In this document: piece by piece, positions 55,605 through 64,000 of the stretch
Layout: each line of letters begins with the position of its first letter
How positions within the stretch are numbered: position 1 is the first letter of the stretch
Notes under the pieces: model-generated
The model's input: only the letters and a program-made list of their open reading frames with translations
Database searches by the model: none
What the model was told of the DNA's origin: nothing
Assembly: GCA_964016885.1 (NCBI GenBank)
Contig: OZ024746.1
Span: 59,768,001 to 59,832,000, forward strand
Direction: 5' to 3'
Source: Eledone cirrhosa
Taxonomy: Eukaryota
Length of the DNA: 64,000 bases
Position numbers and translations under genes: made by a program

Positions 55605-57448
55605 TATAACATGTGATTGCAAGATCATTGTTTACTTCAACGTATCACTCAAGGCTAGCAGTTTGAAATTGTGGTATACATCAGCAACTCCGCTTGTGTA
55701 GTTGGGGTCTATATTCTAAGGGGGCTCTTTTATAATAGTTGTCGGGGTCCGGCAACCACTGGCTATTGGATCCACAGGTACATCTCCCAGAGAGTCCACG
55801 CAGATAATAGTGAATCCCAGGGGATCCATGAACTTTTAAACGAGACCAGCTGCGCCTGGAGCTATGCAGATGACGACATACGCATAATGGATATCGTGCC
55901 TGGAGCTATGCAGATGACTGCATAAGCAGAATGGATATCGCGCCCACACGGTCACCAATACTGTTCATCCTGCTGTATGTATGTAAATATCAGTGCGCGG
56001 GATATCCCTGAGTACATTTTCTTGACCATCAATTGTTAATCGATTGTTTGTTATTTAGGCAGGAATATACCATTGTGTCTGTGCTAATCCTATGTGTTGC
56101 TGTGTGTGTGTAAAGTATCCGAGCGCGGGATATCCCTGAGCTAATTTTGCCTGACCGTTAATAGTGTTCTGATTACTTGTTGATTGGGCAGGAATATATA
56201 TTGTTGTCTTTGTTGATCCTGTATCAATAATTTTGTGATAATTTTGTAATAATTTTGTGATAATTTTGTGATAATTTTATGATAATTTGATAATTTTGTA
56301 ATAATTTTGTAATAATTTTTAATCCTGTATCAATAATTTTAGAATAATTTTTTTTGTGATAATACACTGTTAGATCACTGAAGCTACCTTATACCTTCTT
56401 AAAAATACATTTTATAATTATTGTCATTTTGCTTATGTATTTTCTTATTTACCACTTTCTTTAATCTTGCCCAACTTGATAAACTCCTTGAATTGCTCCC
56501 TAATTGAATTACTTAAATTACTTAGATTATTGTATCTATTATGCCTAAGTTGTATCTGTTGAAGCAGCCCTTTGAAAATTCCTCGGATATCCCAAATACC
56601 GTAATTTTTAATTTTTTAATTTTTTAATTTTTTAATTTTTTAATTTTTTAATTTTTTAATTTTTTAATTTTTTAATTTTTTAATTTTTTAATTTTTTAAT
56701 TTTTTAATTTTTTAATTTTTTAATTTTTTAATTTTTTAATTTTTTAATTTTTTAATTTTTTAATTTTTTAATTTTTAACTTTTAATGTATAGTTTTCCTC
56801 AATTCGTTTTTATATATATATCCTTAGAAGCTCTCTAAAATTTTAATTCTTCGAAGGGTCTCTCGGAAGAATTTCCTATTGGAAATATTAAAGAGCCTTT
56901 TCTGAGAGATTTATAGAAGGCTCTCTGAATTAACCTCTAATTGATTAGTTTCTTTCAACTTAGTTTTCAATTCAGTTTTCTGAATTTTGTAAACGTGATC
57001 TCGGGGGAAGGTTTTTTTCTTCCGGAAAAAATTTTTTTTTTTTTTTTCTCTAGAAGGAATTTCATAGGAACTTTATATATTTTTTAGGGAAACTTTATAT
57101 TTTTATTTTTTTTAGTTTTTTTTAGTTTTTTTATTTTATTAGCCTCTTAATCTTCTTCTAGTCTAGTAGGTTTATTGGAGCCTGTAAGCTTTATGCACTC
57201 ATTGAGGGATTTTCTAAGGTGCTTCTACGGGACCCCAAGTCTTTTGGTTTAATGTTGATGCGTAAATTATATATTATTGTCTAATTTTTAAACTTCAATC
57301 CCTGACCCCGACAACTATTATAAAAGAGCCCCCTTAGAATATAGACCCCAACTACACAAGCGGAGTTGCTGATGTATACCACAATTTCAAACTGCTAGCC
57401 TTGAGTGATACGTTGATGTAAACAATGATCTTGCAATCACATGTTATA

Positions 57449-57495
57449 TGCCTTGATAAGTCCCACCATAGGGTCGGACGAAACGGCTGTCGGCA
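57449..57495 (+). ncRNA. U3-A8 hammerhead, inverted partner of 55558-55604
   Basis: UGCC UUGAUAA GUCC CACCAUAGGGUC GGAC GAAAC GGCU GUC^ GGCA. Confidence 0.85.
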
Positions 57496-57539
57496 ATAAA
57501 CTTGTTATAATGTCATAATAGTTCCTTTGTTCTTTTTCA

Positions 57540-57601
<62 letters not shown>

Positions 57602-57604
57602 TTC

Positions 57605-57648
<44 letters not shown>

Positions 57649-57650
<2 letters not shown>

Positions 57651-58233
57651 TAACATGTATCCCAGTACAACCTGTCTCATGGTCGGGTCGTTGGCGACTA
57701 AACTGGCAACCCCACCAAGGTTTCTTGGTGAGGAGGGTGGCTTTGGACATCCTGCAGGACTAAAAACAAAACCTGTCAAAAGGCAAAAGGGCTCTTAAGA
57801 GTCAATAGCCATCCAAAATCACCGGGAGAGATGATCCCTTAGCCTTTGTCAAGGCAGAATTCTAGGAGAAGGAAAACTCTGATATAACACCTGCAACCCT
57901 GATGGTATCCAATGATGTTGACTTGTTCTTCTTTTTGGTAAATATCATCTTGGTTAAGAGAGTGGGACTGGTTTTGTGCAGTGCCTTTGCTCACTATAAA
58001 AACTTCACGGCACAGGCATTGCTTTATATCTGGAGATCTCTCTGCACTTGTTGTCACATGGTACCATGGGCCCAGCACAATGTGTCAATAATTGTCACAA
58101 GTGTAGTGTTTGTACCAGAGTTTTCAAGTCGCTGGCTGGACTAAAAAGTCACACTCGTTCAGCGCATCGGTATGGGTTCTCCTACATGGATATAAAGTAG
58201 TGGCCGTACTCGAAAACGAGTTGGCAGCCACCA
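57649..58233 (+). mobile_element. Solo copy of the RTE-derived 608-bp element (slightly 5'-clipped) in (TA)n
   Basis: Reverse complement of the 12-14 kb units. Intact C2H2 CSVCTRVFKSLAGLKSHTRSAH at about 58102-58167. Confidence 0.85.
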
Positions 58234-58238
58234 TATAT

Positions 58239-58320
<82 letters not shown>

Positions 58321-58332
58321 TAACAGATTAAA

Positions 58333-58381
58333 GTTTAAGCAAAGAATCGCTGCTTTCATCCTTAACGGGATCTTCTGAAAC
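58333..58381 (-). ncRNA. Hammerhead variant (CAGAAGA core, 4-bp stem III)
   Basis: Reverse complement: GUUU CAGAAGA UCCCGUUAAGGAU GAAAGCA GCGAUUCUU UGCUU^ AAAC. Confidence 0.55.
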
Positions 58382-59369
58382 TAACAAAGTCAATCTGTGA
58401 ACGCAGAAGTGAATATTTCAAAAAACGTTGCAACCGGAGGAAGACAGGAAGACGATACTTTGGTTCGTGGAAACGTTCCCTGGCAAAGAACGGGAAAAAA
58501 CGAATATAATACGTCATTATTTGGAGCAGTGAAAAACAATTGCACGCAAAGACAAAACCACGTTTATGGTATAAAAGAAGTCGTAGACTAATGTTCTCTT
58601 AGGTGGTTCATAGAGACGTTCTCTGGCAATGAACGGAAAAAACGAAGATAATACGTCATATGTGGATCGTGGAGAATAATTGCACGCAAAGACAAAACCA
58701 CGTAAATGGTATAACTGAAGTCGTAGACTAAAATTCTAACTAGGAAACCGAATGATTCTCGGCTTCAGAGTTAAGAATAAAGTAAATAAAATACAGAGGT
58801 AATTGAAATTAAATAAATACATACACGCATCCATATATGTACATACACAAGCATACGCGAAAACACTCGCCATAGGTATACAAATACAAGCACATATAAA
58901 TGTGTGTGTGAGTGCGTGTATACAAATAGTTAAATAAACGTATATAACTAAATAAATACGTATATAACAAGCGCACACACATACCTACATGTAAATACAC
59001 ATATGTTCGGAGACGTACGTCAACCAAAACACGAAGTACACATATACACACACCCTACATACGTACGAACCCGCATACTCACACAGACGCAAAACTTACG
59101 TATACACATAACCAAAAGCATATGTACCAGAATATATAAAATATACGCCATAACATATACAATCAAATATACGTACAAGAAAGTATAAGTACCTACACAA
59201 AACATACAGATAATATATACTTACCTATGCAAATAAGTAATGGTATAAACATAACATATACTTAGCTACCACATCCAGACGTAAAATATCCGCGTATATA
59301 TCGTATTATCCGTTAGGGTATAATGTGGGGCTGTAATACAGGAAAATTTTGTGCAATTTATGTTTACAA

Positions 59370-59530
59370 GTCGAAAATTGCCTCAAAGAAACGTTTCTTA
59401 CCAGGTTCTTGGTTATGTTGGCAGGATGGTTAGAATGCTTACTTATGTAATTAAGCGTATCATTCGGCTTTCTATACGGGTAATACAAGCCATTCGATAA
59501 ATTGAGGGTAACGTCGAGGTAATTAACGAG
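59370..59530 (-). pseudogene. Penelope-like RT C-terminal/thumb fragment
   Basis: LVNYLDVTLNLSNGLYYPYRKPNDTLNYISKHSNHPANITKNL, the FLDV..YRKP..Y....SNHP signature of PLE RTs. Confidence 0.8.
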
Positions 59531-60130
59531 GTATGTGTGTGCGCTTGTTATATACGTATTTATTTATTTATATACGTTTATTTAACTATTTGTATACACG
59601 CACTCACACATATTTATATGTGCGTGTATTTGTATACCTATGGCGAGTGTTTTCGCGTATACTTGTGTATGTACGTATATGGATGCGTGTATGTATTCAT
59701 TTAATTTCAATTACCTCTGTATTTTATTTACTTTATTCTTAACTCTGAAGCCGAGAATCATTCGGTTTCCTAGTTAGAATTTTAGTCTACGACTTCAGTT
59801 ATACCATTTACGTGGTTTTGTCTTTGCGTGCAATTGTTCTCTACGCTCCACATATGACGTGTTATCTTCGTTTTTTCCGTTCATTGCCAGAGAACGTCTC
59901 TATGAACCACCTAAGAGAATATTAGTCTACGACTTCTTTTATACCATAAACGTGGTTTTGTCTTTGTGTGTAATTGTTTTTCACGGCTCCAAATAATGAC
60001 GTATTATATTCGTTTTTTCCCGTTCTTTGCTAGGGAACGTTCCACGAACCTAAGTATCGTCTTCCTGTCTTCCTCCGGTTGCAACGTTTTATGAAATATT
60101 CACTTCTGCGTTCACAGATTGACTTTGTTA

Positions 60131-60179
60131 GTTTCAGAAGATCCCGTTAAGGATGAAAGCAGCGATTCTTTGCTTAAAC
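60131..60179 (+). ncRNA. Hammerhead variant, inverted partner of 58333-58381
   Basis: Identical motif on the + strand. Confidence 0.55.
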
Positions 60180-60333
60180 TTTAATCTGTTATTTTAATAA
60201 ATATTTGCTCTACGGTTCTTATATATTTGATATATATTTATCCTTATCGAGCCCTCTTTGGATTTTAGTCTTCAGATTTATTATTATATATATATATATA
60301 TATATATACATATATATATACATATATATATAT

Positions 60334-60424
<91 letters not shown>

Positions 60425-60427
60425 AAT

Positions 60428-60473
<46 letters not shown>

Positions 60474-60475
60474 TG

Positions 60476-60551
<76 letters not shown>

Positions 60552-60814
60552 GGTTAAATATGGGTTCTACTGGTCCTGTGTAACCCAGTACAACCTTCCA
60601 TCATTGTTGAGTGGACGGTGACTAAACCGGCTCCCTCACCAGACCCGGATCTGGTGAGGAGGGTAAACATCAATGAACCCGGGATAAGTTCATGTCTGAT
60701 GAGCCTCCGGGCTTTGGACAGACTTTAGTCTCTTTACTGCTCTAATATTAATACATTACTGATATTATATATTGTATAATATGTTGTATAATATATTGTA
60801 TTATATATTGTATG

Positions 60815-60997
60815 ACGGCGGTGAATTGGCAGTATCGGTAGGGGTTGGACTGCATGCTTTCTAGCATAGTTACGTCCCTTTACGGTCTGAGATCAAATCC
60901 CGTCGAGGTTTGCCTGTCATTATTACGGGGTCGATAAAATGAAGTACCAGTAATGTACTGGGTAATTGCTGGCCTTGTGCCAAAAGTAGAAACAATT
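60815..60997 (+). mobile_element. SINE S1 (diverged) with probable TSD ATTATATATTGTAT
   Basis: S1 head and core. Confidence 0.85.
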
Positions 60998-61094
60998 ATA
61001 TATTGTATAACAAGATATTTTATATCTATACAGATCTATCTAGACGTACAGTGTTACCTAAATGTATACAGGTATATTCTGTAGTACTGTATCA

Positions 61095-61139
<45 letters not shown>

Positions 61140-61252
61140 TTTTTTTTATTTTCTTTCTTTGTTTCTCTCCCTTTCTCACTATCGTTGTCGCTTCTTTTGT
61201 TAGTCCCGGTCAGACTTATGTCTTACCACCCTTTTGGATTAACTCCCTTTCC

Positions 61253-61327
<75 letters not shown>

Positions 61328-61655
61328 TCCCTCTTTTTATATGGCGAATGATCAGGCTTGAAATGTCAATATACCTTATTCTTTTGACACAGCAATTTAT
61401 CCAAACTCAAAACTCTAACTGTATAAATGTTAGACTCATACCACAACTAGACACCTCTGAATTTGGACATCTCAGTATATTTATATATTTATATATTAAA
61501 AAGCAGATGGGATAGTCAGGATTGTTATGTCTTTATTCAATCTTTCGTCATAAATCTGTAATGCAACAAGACTTTGATTCAACTTTCATAAATATTAACA
61601 ATCTCTGGTATTGAATACGTATTCTCGCAACCGTCAATACTAAACTTGGGACACC

Positions 61656-61707
<52 letters not shown>

Positions 61708-61709
<2 letters not shown>

Positions 61710-62290
61710 GGAAAAAATGAAACGAAATTTCATTTCTCACTCTTAGTGCGGCTCTTACTTAAATATAAGTATGTATACGTACATACATATATGTATACAG
61801 ACGTATAGTAGTATGTATATATATATACATACATGCACACATATATATATGTACGTATGGATTCACCGAACATTTATTATAATGCTCTGTGTGTTTGTAA
61901 ACAAACATCCCGTATTAAGCCGTACAGTATCTAGCAACCTTCGTTGCTCATTTGTTCAACACTGACAAAGGAACGCTGTACTAGTTTCAAGCTTATTAGC
62001 TATCGTCAGCAACGTATACCTTCCTGCCAGATGATTGAACGTCTGAAAGTATATACTTTCCTTATGCATATTAACGACTGAGCAGCCTAATTTGCATATC
62101 GAATGAGTTAATCGGCCGGGTTACCGAAAACGATAAACGGAAAAAATGAAACGAAATTTCATTTCTCACTCTTAGTACGGCTGTTACTTAAATGTAAGTA
62201 TGTATACGTACATACATATATGTATACAGACGTACAGTAGTATGTATATATATATATACATACATGCACACATATATATATGTACGTATC
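61708..62290 (-). mobile_element. Retrozyme-like element (family A): 429-bp monomer plus about 150-bp direct repeat
   Basis: ACGGAAAAAATGAAACG at 61708 and 62137. Confidence 0.75.
61974..62014 (-). ncRNA. Minimal type I hammerhead, identical to 21516-21556
   Basis: Reverse complement: CGUUG CUGACGA UAGC UAAUAA GCUU GAAAC UA GUA^ CAGCG. Confidence 0.85.
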
Positions 62291-63381
62291 CATACATACC
62301 CTGAAAAAGAAAGTGCCCTAAAACGGGATTAAATGACGCAAAATGGGGGGATTTTACATAATGAAAGGCTATGACCACTTTCACAAGAGAAGACATCACT
62401 CAGCCACCCCAAATTAGGTGGGAGATCTCCCCCGTCTGACGGGGATAGTATAGCAATACATCTCCTACATTGATATTTTTCCTCTCCTAAATTGATGTTG
62501 TTTCCGAAGATCCGACTCTATAGTTGTTTGATATGTGTAGATATAGTTGCATTTGTTTAAATGTTTACATCCATTTTCGTTCTTATGAAACATTACACCG
62601 GCTCCGAACACAAGGACATTAAACTCCCACTGTCACCACCTCTGCCTCTCCCGTTTTTCCCATCTCTCATTATTATGAGCAAATGGGAGCCCACACGGTG
62701 GCCGTCTCGTGGCCCCGGCGGATGGTGAGAGAGAGATGCGCTGGAAGAGCCATTCCAGCTCGCGAGGCTCACACCTGCGGGTAGCCAACTCTGTGCCAAT
62801 GGTGGTAAGTAGGGAGTTGGCCCTAGGGCCAAGGACACCAGAAGTCTCCACTGTTACAGTCTTAACTGCAAACCTGTCGCAGAGCGACTGAGATTAAGAG
62901 AGTTTTATATTTGAAACATTGGATTTAACATATGGATTTAATTTCCATATACTCGTTCGTATCTTACTAAAATGATGAAATAATCCTTATCTGTTATTTT
63001 CTACACTTGGAAAAACGTACGTAAAACAAATAAAATGTTATAATTCTTGCAAGAATCTTGTTTATTATTCATGCTCTGTGATTTGACATTTGTACAATTT
63101 TTGGATTTTTACCCTATGGAATACACGTTGGATGAATTTGTTCTAAATATTTGCGAATCGTATATACACGTTGAACTGTAAATCTTCTTGACATTTCAAC
63201 AAGATGATTTCTCAACAAATTAACTTATATATATATATAGAGAGAGGGGGGGGGGGATAGAGACAGAGAGAGTAGGGAGAGGGTGGGGGTTCTGTAATGT
63301 CCTTCAACTATCAAAAAGTCTGTCAGTAACTGCGATCCAATCGGCTGCAGCTACTACTACTACTGCCAATACTACTACTAC

Positions 63382-63445
<64 letters not shown>

Positions 63446-63599
63446 CGTGCCAACCTTAACAGTAAAAAGACACAGAATCATGAAATGTCATAGAAACTAA
63501 GACAAGATTTTTTTTTTTTTGTCTCTCAAAGGTTCCAGTTTTCTTCACTGAAATAATGCCACATCTTCTTCTCCTTCGCTGTCTTCTTCTTCTTCTTCC

Positions 63600-63630
<31 letters not shown>

Positions 63631-63949
63631 CTTCTTCTTCTTCTTCGCTGTCTTCTTCTTCTTCTTCTTCTTCTTCTTCGCCTCCTCCTCCTCCTCCTCC
63701 TCATTCTACTTCTTCTTCTCATCCCCCTCCTCCTCCTCCTCCTCATTCTCCTTCTTCTTCTCATCCTCTCCCTCCTTCAGTCTCTATCTAATCTCTCACT
63801 TCACACTTCTTACTTGATTTCCTTATCTATATTCTCTACAGCAGTTTATTTTATTTTATTTTATTTTATTTATTTCTATATATATTATATATATATTTTA
63901 TCTTCTATTTCTATATACTTTTCCTGCAGCTACTTAATGTTTTGCTATT

Positions 63950-63985
<36 letters not shown>

Positions 63986-64000
63986 ATTGTTATTTTTGTT

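Larger units (their letters stand above)
55507..57545. mobile_element. Fold-back PLE-like element with about 243-bp inverted arms (55507-55749 / 57304-57545)
   Basis: Arms are near-perfect reverse complements, each with an HHR. The interior includes (AATTTTTT)n at about 56604-56785. Confidence 0.8.
58315..60198. mobile_element. Penelope-like fold-back element: inverted arms of about 670 bp (58315-58986 / 59529-60198) around an RT remnant
   Basis: Arms are reverse complements, each ending in an HHR variant. Confidence 0.85.

Noticed and set aside
57649-57715. HDV-like ribozyme at the 5' end of the RTE-derived element (CCAGT...CTAA-ACTGG resembles P2 and J4/2)
   Set aside because: I could not build convincing P1 and P3 helices by eye. 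It merits an Infernal check on the consensus but is not supported here.
60694-60722. CUGAUGA-GCC-UCCG-GGC half-hammerhead
   Set aside because: No GAAA box or UH triplet follows.
62590-62890. GC-richer island with short ORFs
   Set aside because: No recognisable motif or splice structure; probably an unidentified retroelement fragment.

Overview
AT-rich eukaryotic DNA packed with microsatellites and decayed mobile elements, with no confidently identifiable host gene. The SINE types and repeat density suggest a cephalopod such as Octopus; this is inference only. Nearly all ORFs in the supplied track are microsatellite artefacts. Recognisable content: a 5'-truncated R4/Dong-like RT-RLE retroelement inside (TACA)n; Tx1/L1-clade LINE pieces abutting (GATA)n; several RTE-clade LINE fragments; a head-to-tail array of a 608-bp internally deleted RTE-derived element; about 15 tRNA-derived SINE copies; MITEs; a Helitron-like piece; and Penelope-like (PLE) RT and GIY-YIG fragments. 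The main hidden signal, found by manual reading, is about 22 type I hammerhead ribozyme (HHR) motifs, some degenerate, in more than 10 unrelated non-coding repeat families. They sit in (TA)n tracts, mostly within fold-back or partial-tandem units. Many are variants: U3-A8 cores, palindromic stem III, or loop II expanded to 40-100 nt. Two lie downstream of PLE protein remnants. One family is a 420-430-nt non-coding monomer resembling a non-LTR retrozyme. All folds were done by eye and need computational and biochemical confirmation.
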